Shown here: positions 45,213 through 53,812 of the stretch, in pieces
How the letters are laid out: every line of letters starts with the position of its first letter
Numbering within the stretch: position 1 is the first letter of the stretch
Origin: an uncultured Alphaproteobacteria bacterium
GTDB lineage: Bacteria > Pseudomonadota > Alphaproteobacteria > HIMB59 > GCA-002718135
DNA length: 64,000 nt
Reading direction: 5' to 3'
Assembly (NCBI GenBank): GCA_902614375.1
Contig: CACMKZ010000002.1
Location: forward strand, 14,477 to 78,476
Notes under the pieces: model-generated
The model's input: the letters and a program-made list of their open reading frames with translations, nothing else
Database searches by the model: none
Told to the model about the DNA's origin: nothing
Translations under genes and position numbers: made by a program

Positions 45213-45692
45213 ATGAAAATTGGCAGATACAAATACGAGTTTGATTTCTTTAGTTGGATCAAAAAAACCGAGCTAGTAGAACTCGATGGTGTTAATCCAT
45301 CTGATGATCCGGTACGACCAGAACTTGATAATGAATTTCGAACTTCTAAAGGAAGAAAAATTTTTGGCCTTAAATATAAGGATGATATTGAGGGTATTGC
45401 CTGCTTTGCCTTTACAAATGAAATACCAGCAACCATTAAAGAAATGGATTTGATGAGTGTTGAAGAAGATCAAGCAACCATTCCAATCGCCTATACGTTA
45501 TGGTCTTTTAAAAAAGGGGCTGGGAAAAAAATTATGAAAGAATTACAAAAATATATCAAATCAAAAGAGCAGTTTGAAAGCATCATTACCATTTCGCCTT
45601 TAACTCCTGTTGCTACCCACTATCATATTCGAAATGGTGCAAGATTAATTAAGATTAACCCTACAACACAGAACTTCGAATATAAAATTTAA
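45213..45692 (+). CDS. Hypothetical protein (possible GNAT-fold acetyltransferase)
   Basis: 159 aa and the longest ORF in this gap. The weak motif-A-like WSFKKGAGKKIMKEL is the only support for a GNAT call. Confidence 0.4.
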   Translation: MKIGRYKYEFDFFSWIKKTELVELDGVNPSDDPVRPELDNEFRTSKGRKIFGLKYKDDIEGIACFAFTNEIPATIKEMDLMSVEEDQATIPIAYTLWSFKKGAGKKIMKELQKYIKSKEQFESIITISPLTPVATHYHIRNGARLIKINPTTQNFEYKI

Positions 45693-45701
45693 GACGTAGG
45701 G

Positions 45702-45723
45702 GTTCAAAAATTATTATTTGAAC
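45702..45723 (+). terminator. Weak AT-rich hairpin after the hypothetical gene (possible terminator)
   Basis: GTTCAAA (45702-45708), 8-nt loop, TTTGAAC (45717-45723), followed by the interrupted T-rich TATTTATTTTA. Confidence 0.3.
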
Positions 45724-45764
45724 TATTTATTTTACAAATCGAAACAAAATAAATATTGTTGGAA

Positions 45765-46871
45765 ATGGCCTACCAGATAAATACTAATTATTCCGTTACT
45801 TTTGATGATGTTCTGCTCTCACCAGCGTATTCGGAGATAAAACCAAAAGATGTAGATACATCGATTACCATTGGAAAAGTCAAATTACATATTCCTATAC
45901 TCTCTGCTGCTATGGATACCGTTACAGAGAATAAAATGGCAATCAATCTCGCACTACATGGTGGTCTTGGTGTTATTCACCGTAATATGCCAATTGATAA
46001 ACAAGCAAGTGAAGTCAAAAAAGTTCATAGTTTTAAAGTTAACGTTAAAAAATTTCAAAATGCTGTGATTAATTCTAACAAACAAATTGCAGTAGGCGCT
46101 GCAATCGGTGTTGAAAATAATGCTTACTTACGACTATTAGAATTATTAAAAGTCGGCGTTGATATTGTCTTTATTGATGTAGCTCATGCACATACAAAAA
46201 CAACTTTACAGTTTATTGAAAAAGCAAAAAAAGTTTTAAAGAAAACCCCTCTTATAGTTGGAAACATTGCTACAAAAAAAGCTGCATCAGATTTAATCAG
46301 TGCTGGTGTTGATGCTATCAAAGTAGGTATTGGACCAGGATCAATTTGTACTACAAGAGTTGTAACTGGTGTTGGTATTCCTCAACTCTCAGCTGTTATG
46401 GATACATTTCAAGTTGCCAAAAGATTTAAAATTCCAGTAATTGCAGATGGAGGAATAAAAACATCCGGTGATATTGCAAAAGCTATAGCAGGTGGTGCAA
46501 GTGCTTGTATGATAGGGTCTTTATTTGCTGGCACTGAAGAGTCACCAGGGAAATTATTAAAGATTAAAGGTAAAAAATATAAATCTTACAGAGGTATGGG
46601 TTCTGTAGGAGCAATGCAAAAAGGATCTTTTGATCGATACTCGCAAGAAGAAACAAAGAATGCAAAAAAATTAGTAGCAGAAGGTGTGGAAGGGATGGTT
46701 CCATACAAAGGTAAAATAGAAGATGTAGCGTATCAACTTGTTGGTGGCTTAAGATCTTCTATGGGGTACACTGGTCATAAAACGATAAAAAAAATGCAAG
46801 GGAATTGTAAATTTGTCTTTATTTCAAAAGCAGGAGCCCGCGAAAGTAATGTCCACGATGTCATTATGTAA
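45765..46871 (+). CDS. guaB: IMP dehydrogenase lacking the CBS/Bateman subdomain
   Basis: ORF opens at TTG 45756, but ATG 45765 is preferred (368 aa). [18 protein letters not shown], catalytic [25 protein letters not shown] and ESNVHDV are collinear with E. coli GuaB. Only about 20 aa (46026-46088) stand where the roughly 115-aa CBS pair normally lies. Confidence 0.85.
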   Translation: MAYQINTNYSVTFDDVLLSPAYSEIKPKDVDTSITIGKVKLHIPILSAAMDTVTENKMAINLALHGGLGVIHRNMPIDKQASEVKKVHSFKVNVKKFQNAVINSNKQIAVGAAIGVENNAYLRLLELLKVGVDIVFIDVAHAHTKTTLQFIEKAKKVLKKTPLIVGNIATKKAASDLISAGVDAIKVGIGPGSICTTRVVTGVGIPQLSAVMDTFQVAKRFKIPVIADGGIKTSGDIAKAIAGGASACMIGSLFAGTEESPGKLLKIKGKKYKSYRGMGSVGAMQKGSFDRYSQEETKNAKKLVAEGVEGMVPYKGKIEDVAYQLVGGLRSSMGYTGHKTIKKMQGNCKFVFISKAGARESNVHDVIM

Positions 46872-46913
46872 TAATGTATCGAATCATCATTGAATTGATA
46901 CAATAAAATAAAA

Positions 46914-47405
46914 ATGATGTCAGCATCAACAAAACATAAGGTAGCAATTGTGATGGGTAGCAAGTCTGATTATGCTACCATGAAAAATTGTGAAAAAATT
47001 TTAAAATTACTAAAAGTTAAGTTTGAAACCAAAATTGTTTCTGCACACCGTACACCAGAGAGAATGTTTAAATTTGCCAAAGCAGCGGAAGATAATAATA
47101 TTTCTGTCATTATTGCTGGTGCAGGAGGCTCTGCGCATTTACCAGGAATGATTGCATCATTAACAACTATACCTGTTATCGGTGTACCAGTAGAAAGTCG
47201 TAAATTAAAGGGATTGGATAGTTTGTTATCTATAGTACAAATGCCAAAAGGTATCCCTGTTGGTAGTGTGGCAATTGGTGAGGACGGCGCAATGAATGCC
47301 GGTTTATATGCAGCTTCCATTATTGCTCTTACGAATAAAGAAATTAAGAAAAATTTAAAAAATTACCGAACTAAACAATCAAAAGCTGTTAAACAAAAAC
47401 CATAA
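46914..47405 (+). CDS. purE: N5-carboxyaminoimidazole ribonucleotide mutase
   Basis: 163 aa. [27 protein letters not shown]. Confidence 0.92.
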   Translation: MMSASTKHKVAIVMGSKSDYATMKNCEKILKLLKVKFETKIVSAHRTPERMFKFAKAAEDNNISVIIAGAGGSAHLPGMIASLTTIPVIGVPVESRKLKGLDSLLSIVQMPKGIPVGSVAIGEDGAMNAGLYAASIIALTNKEIKKNLKNYRTKQSKAVKQKP

Positions 47406-47408
47406 GTC

Positions 47409-48452
47409 ATGAATACACCCACACTTGGCATTATCGGTGGTGGACAATTAGGAAGTCTTTTAGCAGATGCAGCAAAAAAAATAGATATACAAACCGTCAT
47501 ATTAAGTGATGATCCTGATGCGCCTGGACAACACTTTGCGACTAAATTTATTTTTGGTCAGTATGATGATGATACAACGATAAATAATTTTATTAATGCA
47601 GTTGATCTTGTTACATTTGAATTTGAAAATATTCCCTTTGCAATATTAAAAAAGATAAATGAAAAGAAACAAGTTTTACCTAAACCAGAAATTAATAGAC
47701 TCATTCAACACCGGGAAACAGAAAAAAAATTTCTCAATAATAATAATATAACAACAACAAAATATGTAACTGTCAAAAATGAAAAGGATGTGAGTGAAAA
47801 TGTAGGCTTGCTTCCTGGTTTGTTAAAAACAACAACATTAGGATACGATGGCAAAGGTCAATATAAATTACATACTGTAGATGATATTACGGACGAAATT
47901 GATTTTACAAAAGAATACATTTTAGAAAAACTCATTCATCTTAAAAAAGAAATTTCAGTCGTCATTACTCGTTATGATCAAAATAGTTATGAGATCTATG
48001 ATCCTATTGAGAATGTTCATGAAGAACAAATTTTAAAATATTCAACAATACCAAGTGATATTTCTGATGACATACGAAAAAAATCGATTGAGTGGGCAAA
48101 ACACGTTGTAGAAAAACTAGATTACATTGGAACGTTATGTGTAGAATTTTTTATTGATACTGATGATAATTTATATGCTAACGAAATTGCTCCTCGTGTT
48201 CATAATTCTGGGCATCTGACAATGAACTCTCATAATATTAGTCAATTTGAAAATCATGTACGAGCAGTATGCGGCTTAGAAAAGATTGAAACAAAAAAAT
48301 TGTATAATGCCAAAATGATTAATTTAATTGGTGATGAGATATCACCGTATCGAAATAAAACATTTAAGGATAACGAATTTTTTTATGATTATTTAAAAAC
48401 AGAAATTAAACAAAAAAGAAAAATGGGTCATTTAACGATTATAGAAAAATAA
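47409..48452 (+). CDS. purK: N5-carboxyaminoimidazole ribonucleotide synthase
   Basis: 347 aa ATP-grasp. LGIIGGGQLG, GYDGKGQ, NEIAPRVHNSGH, KMGH near the C-terminus. Confidence 0.88.
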   Translation: MNTPTLGIIGGGQLGSLLADAAKKIDIQTVILSDDPDAPGQHFATKFIFGQYDDDTTINNFINAVDLVTFEFENIPFAILKKINEKKQVLPKPEINRLIQHRETEKKFLNNNNITTTKYVTVKNEKDVSENVGLLPGLLKTTTLGYDGKGQYKLHTVDDITDEIDFTKEYILEKLIHLKKEISVVITRYDQNSYEIYDPIENVHEEQILKYSTIPSDISDDIRKKSIEWAKHVVEKLDYIGTLCVEFFIDTDDNLYANEIAPRVHNSGHLTMNSHNISQFENHVRAVCGLEKIETKKLYNAKMINLIGDEISPYRNKTFKDNEFFYDYLKTEIKQKRKMGHLTIIEK

Positions 48453-48456
48453 ATTA

Positions 48457-49359
48457 TTAACTTAAATTAAATTGATCAGTTAGTTGTGTTACCAGTTGAT
48501 ATTTATTGGCAACATCTACTAAATCTTCTCCTTCACGAAAAGATTGTTTATCTAATTGTTTTGTTGGATCTCCGCCAGGCCATATTCGCCAACTATCATT
48601 ATCAACAACATCAGATAAAACTAACGAGTTATCCGATACTTTAAAACCAAGCTCAAACTTAATATCTACTAAATGTATAGGACCATCAATTGTCTCAATA
48701 GTTTTCCATTTGTCTTCAATAAGTTCAAAACTTGGAAGAATAATTTTATTAATAGCTATTTCTAATTCTTGATCAGACAATAATTTTTTGGTTTTCATCA
48801 AGCTTTTGCTTGTTATAGGCTGTTTGGCAGAAAATAACTCCCATTCTTCTCCAGTTTTTACTAAAGGATCCGTAAATACACCCTCTTCCCATTTTCCATC
48901 TTTTAAAAATTGTCTTCTCGCTTCACTCTCATCCATTTGAACAGGTTCTTCAACATGTGGAGGGATAACAACCGCTTGTTTATGAAATATTTCCCAAACT
49001 AAGTTTTCAAATTGGTGAGGATTACTTTTATCTTTTGCAAATTGAGTGTTTCTACTTAAATAACTTCCCCATGCATAGCGCCTAACTACAAATTCTAAGG
49101 GAAGCATATTACAGTTGTAACTTAAAAGACTATTTGGCGAATCTTGTTCAATAAATGATGTTGCTATACCTGCCTTGGTGAGCATACTAAACACATTACT
49201 TGTTTGTTTTGTCTTTTGTATTCCAATATCTTTAATTTCCTCTTTCTTCGCTGCATCCCCACCTGTTAAAAAATCTTTTGTTACAATTCGAATGATATTT
49301 TGATCATTTGTTTTCTCAATAATTTTTGTTTTTCCTTCAACTAAAAAAGAATTACTCAT
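48457..49359 (-). CDS. purC: SAICAR synthetase (long, about 300-aa form)
   Basis: ORF extends to 49401, but ATG 49359 (MSNSFLVEGKTK...) leaves only an 8-nt overlap with purD. GKTK, LPLEFVVRRYAWGS and DIKFELG blocks. Confidence 0.85.
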   Translation of the reverse strand: MSNSFLVEGKTKIIEKTNDQNIIRIVTKDFLTGGDAAKKEEIKDIGIQKTKQTSNVFSMLTKAGIATSFIEQDSPNSLLSYNCNMLPLEFVVRRYAWGSYLSRNTQFAKDKSNPHQFENLVWEIFHKQAVVIPPHVEEPVQMDESEARRQFLKDGKWEEGVFTDPLVKTGEEWELFSAKQPITSKSLMKTKKLLSDQELEIAINKIILPSFELIEDKWKTIETIDGPIHLVDIKFELGFKVSDNSLVLSDVVDNDSWRIWPGGDPTKQLDKQSFREGEDLVDVANKYQLVTQLTDQFNLS

Positions 49360-50629
49360 CAATATATCTCCAACCAATATCTTTTCGATAATATCCCTCA
49401 TCCCAATTAATTTGATTGATTATATTGTGAATATTTTCTCTAATAGTTTTTAAATCTTTACCCGTATTAGAGATATTTAAGACGCGCCCACCATTAGAGA
49501 GCCATTTGTTTTCTTTGAGGATTGTTCCTGCATGAAATAGATAGTCATCTTTTGTTAAATTAAGATTTTCCAAATTATTAATTGGTGTTAATTTTTTATA
49601 ATCCTCAGGATAACCATGAGCAGCCATTACTACTGTCATGGCATAATCATTTTTCCACTTAATTTTTTTTATTTCATTTAAGGTGCCTATCGCTGATGCA
49701 TGAAGGAGTTCTAATAAATCTGTTTCTAATAGTGGAATAATTGCTTGTGTTTCCGGATCGCCGAAACGAACATTAATTTCGAGTAAATTTGGACCCTTAT
49801 CTGTTAGAATTAATCCTGCATAAAACATTCCTTGATACTTGATGCCTTGTTCAGCAAGATGTTGAACGATAGGTTCAACAAATGTTTTGGATAATTCATT
49901 CATTTTATTTGACGAAATAGAAGGAACAGGAGTGTAGGCTCCCATACCACCAGTATTTAACCCTTTTTCTCCTTCTAAGATTTTTTTATGATCTTGTGCT
50001 GTTGTAAGTGGCAATACAAATCCATTTTTATCAACAAGTGAAAATAAACTTACCTCTTCACCAACTAAAAATTCTTCAATAACAACAACTGAACCAGCAT
50101 CACCAAAAGAATTATCTTTAAAACATTTAATCAGTGCATCTTTTGCATCTTCCATTGTTTGACAAATAATAACTCCTTTTCCTGCTGCTAAACCATCAGC
50201 TTTAATAACAAGAGGATAGGATTGGTTTTGACAAAAAATGAAGGCATCATCATAGTTGTCAAATACGTCATAAGCAGCTGTTGCTATATGTAATTTTTTA
50301 CAAATATCTTTTGTAAACTTTTTTGATTTTTCTAGTTCAGCTCCCATCTGATCAGGGCCAAAGACTAAAATAGAATTGTTCATTAAAAGGTTGGATAATC
50401 CTTTAGTTAAAGGTAGTTCTGGACCTATTACCACTAGATCAATTTTATTTTCTAGACAAAATTGAAGAATAGCATCATGATCATCAACATCTGTGATAAT
50501 TGAAGAAGCAATCTCACTGATACTATCACTTCCAGGAATACAATATAAATTAGAACAATTAGGAGATTGTTTTATACCATAACATAATGCGTGCTCTCTT
50601 CCACCATTACCAATGACAAGAACGTTCAT
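49352..50629 (-). CDS. purD: Phosphoribosylamine-glycine ligase
   Basis: 425 aa. MNVLVIGNGGREHAL, VIKADGLAAGKGV, LEINVRFGDPE. Confidence 0.92.
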   Translation of the reverse strand: MNVLVIGNGGREHALCYGIKQSPNCSNLYCIPGSDSISEIASSIITDVDDHDAILQFCLENKIDLVVIGPELPLTKGLSNLLMNNSILVFGPDQMGAELEKSKKFTKDICKKLHIATAAYDVFDNYDDAFIFCQNQSYPLVIKADGLAAGKGVIICQTMEDAKDALIKCFKDNSFGDAGSVVVIEEFLVGEEVSLFSLVDKNGFVLPLTTAQDHKKILEGEKGLNTGGMGAYTPVPSISSNKMNELSKTFVEPIVQHLAEQGIKYQGMFYAGLILTDKGPNLLEINVRFGDPETQAIIPLLETDLLELLHASAIGTLNEIKKIKWKNDYAMTVVMAAHGYPEDYKKLTPINNLENLNLTKDDYLFHAGTILKENKWLSNGGRVLNISNTGKDLKTIRENIHNIINQINWDEGYYRKDIGWRYIDE

Positions 50630-50649
50630 GAAAAAAAATAATTCATTAA

Positions 50650-52137
50650 TTAATTATTTGAAGCAAGACTTAAGAATGAAAGTTTTTTTAAGCTTTCGTC
50701 ATTCAAGTAATCTAAAGGTCTGACTGGATACTCTCCTGTAAAATAATGATCAGTAAATTGAGGATTATCATTATCTCTCTCATCATAACCAAGAGCTTGA
50801 TACAAACCGTCTAATGATAAAAATTTTAATGATTTAGCTCCAATATATTTACACATTTCCTCTAAATTTTTGTTTGCAGCTAATAATTCTTCTTGGGTCG
50901 GAGTATCAACTCCATAAAAATCAGGATATTTAATTGCAGGTGAAGCAATACGCATATGGACTTCTTTTGCGCCAAAATCATAAAGCATTTTTATTATCTT
51001 AGTGGATGTTGTTCCTCGAACCAATGAGTCGTCAATTAAAACAACTTTCTTTTTTTTAATAGAACTTTGGTTAGGATTTAGTTTTAACTTTACACCTAAA
51101 CTTCTAATTTGCTGAGTTGGCTCAATAAATGTCCTCCCCACATAATGATTTCGTATTAATCCTAACTCAAAAGGAATACCAGACTCTTGACTAAAACCAA
51201 GCGCAGCAGGAACACCTGAGTCTGGAACTGGTACGACTACATCAGGTTTTATATCGGTTTCTTTTGCTAAGTATGTACCTAAATTTTTTCTATATTCATA
51301 GGCGGTTTTATTTTTTAAAATACTATCTGGCCGCGAAAAATAAATATATTCAAATACACATGGTTTGATTTGTTTTTTTGGAAAAGGTCTTCGACTTTCA
51401 ACTTTATTATCTTTTATAACTACAACTTCTCCATTTTCAATTTCACGGATAAATTTTGCACCTATAATGTCTAGCGCGCAAGTTTCAGAGGCAAGGATAA
51501 ATGCATTTTTAAATTTACCTAAAACAAGTGGTCTAATACCTAATGGATCTCTTGCACCAATTAACGTACCATTAGCAATAATTGATAAAGCATAACCACC
51601 TTGAATTTGCATTAAAGCATCAATAATTTTATTTAAAATATCTTTCTTTTTTGAACGAGCTACAAGCTGAACAATTGTTTCGGTATCTGATGTTGTTTGA
51701 AATATTGCACCTTCACGTACCATTTGCTCTCTTAAAAGTAGTGCATTAGTTAAATTACCATTATGAGCAATACTAATAGCTCCACCATGAAGGTCAGCAT
51801 AAAAAGGTTGTATATTCCTTATTGTTTCACCGCCCGTTGTTGAATAGCGATTGTGTCCTATCGCAATTTTTCCCTTTAACTTGTCTAATGAGTGTTTCTT
51901 CGTAAAATTATCGCCAACCAATCCAAATTTTCTTTCTGAGTGATAGGAGTTGCCATCATAACTTACAATTCCACAACCTTCTTGACCACGATGTTGCAAC
52001 GCATGCAAACCAAGAGCTGTTAAGGCAGCAGCATCCTTGGTTCCACTTATTCCAAAAACTCCACACTCCTCATTAAATCTGGGAACATGAGATTGCCTTA
52101 CCCTGAATTTTTTTAGAAAATTTAATCGATTTTTCAT
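50650..52137 (-). CDS. purF: Amidophosphoribosyltransferase
   Basis: 495 aa. Ntn Cys in EECGVFGI, HRGQEG, and PRTase motif VVLIDDSLVRGTT. Confidence 0.92.
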   Translation of the reverse strand: MKNRLNFLKKFRVRQSHVPRFNEECGVFGISGTKDAAALTALGLHALQHRGQEGCGIVSYDGNSYHSERKFGLVGDNFTKKHSLDKLKGKIAIGHNRYSTTGGETIRNIQPFYADLHGGAISIAHNGNLTNALLLREQMVREGAIFQTTSDTETIVQLVARSKKKDILNKIIDALMQIQGGYALSIIANGTLIGARDPLGIRPLVLGKFKNAFILASETCALDIIGAKFIREIENGEVVVIKDNKVESRRPFPKKQIKPCVFEYIYFSRPDSILKNKTAYEYRKNLGTYLAKETDIKPDVVVPVPDSGVPAALGFSQESGIPFELGLIRNHYVGRTFIEPTQQIRSLGVKLKLNPNQSSIKKKKVVLIDDSLVRGTTSTKIIKMLYDFGAKEVHMRIASPAIKYPDFYGVDTPTQEELLAANKNLEEMCKYIGAKSLKFLSLDGLYQALGYDERDNDNPQFTDHYFTGEYPVRPLDYLNDESLKKLSFLSLASNN

Positions 52138-52138
52138 C

Positions 52139-52708
52139 TTACTGTTGTCTTTTTAAAAGTGTTTTTGCAACCATTTGTAATGCTCTAGGATAAACCTTAT
52201 GCTCTTCTATCAATATTTTCTTTGAGAGTGATTCGGTATTATCTTTCTTCAAAATCTTTACTTTTTTTTGCAAAATAATCTTTCCAGAGTCAATTTTAGC
52301 GCTTACGTAATGAACACTACAACCAGAATAGCTCGCTTTAGCTTTTATGGCCTGATCCTGAGCATTTAAGCCTTTGAAAGCTGGAAGATAAGATGGATGA
52401 ATATTGATTAATCGCGATCGCCACTGCCTGACAAATTTTGAGTCTAAAACTTGCATAAAACCAGCTAAACAAATGATATCTATATTTTTTAGATACTTCA
52501 TGACTTTGCTTTCGAAATTTTTTCTTGGAATAAAATGTATGAATGGAATTTTATTTTTTTTGGCAATAGTTAAACCTTTTGCTCTGGCGTTATTGGATAC
52601 GACTAATTGAACCTGTACTAAACTTTGCTTTTTAAATGATGTTTGTATTAGTGATTCTAAATTGGAACCTCTTCCCGATATGAAAATAGCAACTTGTAAT
52701 TTTTTCAA
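52139..52708 (-). CDS. purN: Phosphoribosylglycinamide formyltransferase
   Basis: 189 aa. AIFISGRGSNL, LAGFM, INIHPSYLP. Confidence 0.9.
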   Translation of the reverse strand: MKKLQVAIFISGRGSNLESLIQTSFKKQSLVQVQLVVSNNARAKGLTIAKKNKIPFIHFIPRKNFESKVMKYLKNIDIICLAGFMQVLDSKFVRQWRSRLINIHPSYLPAFKGLNAQDQAIKAKASYSGCSVHYVSAKIDSGKIILQKKVKILKKDNTESLSKKILIEEHKVYPRALQMVAKTLLKRQQ

Positions 52709-53739
52709 CTAATTGTGCACCTTGATGATTTGTTAACTTCTATTTTCCCAATTTCAAAAATATCTAAATTTTCATCTTTTATTAATTGCTCAAATTCTTT
52801 GTAATTATTTTTTGAAATAGTCATTATTAAACCTAATCCACAATTAAAGGTCTTTAACATTTCTTCATCTGAAATGTTAGCTAAACTTTGAAACCATTGG
52901 AAAATTTCTTCATCACAAATAAATTTTTTATCAATCCTTGCTGATAAATTTTCAGAGAGCATTCTTGGTGCATTACCAATAATGCCTCCGCCTGTTATAT
53001 GCGAAATACCATTGATAAGATTTGTTGTTAAAATTTTTTTTAAAAAAGGAAAATATAATTTTGTTGGAGCCATTAAGGCTGCTGCATTTGTTTCATAAGA
53101 TGATTTAAATTCTGTTTCTTTATGTAGATCTATATTTTTGTCTTTTAAAACTTTTCGAATGAGAGAATATCCATTTGAATGAAAGCCCGAAGATCTAATC
53201 CCATATAGAAGATCATCTTCTTTCATGACATCTCTTTTAGGTAGAATTTTTTTTCTCTCTACTGCACCAACACAAAATCCGGCAAAATCAAAGTCATCTT
53301 TTTTATAAAGCCCAGGCATCTCTGCTGTTTCACCACCAATAAGAGAGCAATTATTTATCTTGCAAGCTTCAGTAATGCTTTTCATAATTTTTAAAAAAGA
53401 ATTTTTATCAATCTTGGAAGAAGCATAGTAATCTAAAAAAAATAATGGCTCTGCACCATGGCAAAGAATATCATTAAGGCACATACCAACGAGATCATGA
53501 CCCAAACCATCTAAAATGTCAGTTTCAATCCCTAGTAATATTTTTGTCCCTATACCATCTGTTCCAGAGACCAATAAAGGATCTTCATATCCACAATTTT
53601 TAAGATCAAAAATACCACCAAATCCGCCAATTTTATCAAAATTTCCGTTTCTGTTTGTTGATTTGCTTAGCTCAGAAATATCTTCAACAAGGGCATCTGT
53701 ATTTTCTATATCAACACCTGCTTCTTTATATGTTGTCAT
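52705..53739 (-). CDS. purM: Phosphoribosylformylglycinamidine cyclo-ligase (AIR synthetase)
   Basis: 344 aa. YKEAGVDI, GGFGGIFDL, SGTDGIGTK, GGETAEMPG, HITGGG. Confidence 0.92.
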   Translation of the reverse strand: MTTYKEAGVDIENTDALVEDISELSKSTNRNGNFDKIGGFGGIFDLKNCGYEDPLLVSGTDGIGTKILLGIETDILDGLGHDLVGMCLNDILCHGAEPLFFLDYYASSKIDKNSFLKIMKSITEACKINNCSLIGGETAEMPGLYKKDDFDFAGFCVGAVERKKILPKRDVMKEDDLLYGIRSSGFHSNGYSLIRKVLKDKNIDLHKETEFKSSYETNAAALMAPTKLYFPFLKKILTTNLINGISHITGGGIIGNAPRMLSENLSARIDKKFICDEEIFQWFQSLANISDEEMLKTFNCGLGLIMTISKNNYKEFEQLIKDENLDIFEIGKIEVNKSSRCTIS

Positions 53740-53754
53740 ATTTAATTAGTTTTA

Positions 53755-53803
53755 AACGAATCGTTAACGAGTAAACTATTAATATAGTAAATTAAGTTGA
53801 TTC
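53755..53803. promoter_or_regulatory. Palindrome AACGA-A-TCGTT plus repeated GATTCGT motif in the purM/purL divergent spacer (both contain GANTC)
   Basis: An 11-nt palindrome at 53755-53765 contains GAATC (53758-53762). GATTCGT recurs at 53799-53805 and contains GATTC (53799-53803). The spacer is only 73 bp. Confidence 0.3.
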
Positions 53804-53812
53804 GTACTCATA

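Noticed and set aside
45693-45764. Purine/guanine riboswitch upstream of guaB (and in 53740-53812 upstream of purL/purM).
   Set aside because: The spacers (72 and 73 nt) are too short for an aptamer plus expression platform, and they lack the conserved junction/loop sequence pattern of purine aptamers as I recall it.
46876-46901. Imperfect hairpin GTATCGAATCA-TCAT-TGAATTGATAC between guaB and purE (contains a GANTC), considered as a terminator.
   Set aside because: It is followed by an A-rich rather than a U-rich tract and has a mismatch and a G-U pair. It may be a weak processing or attenuation structure, but support is insufficient.
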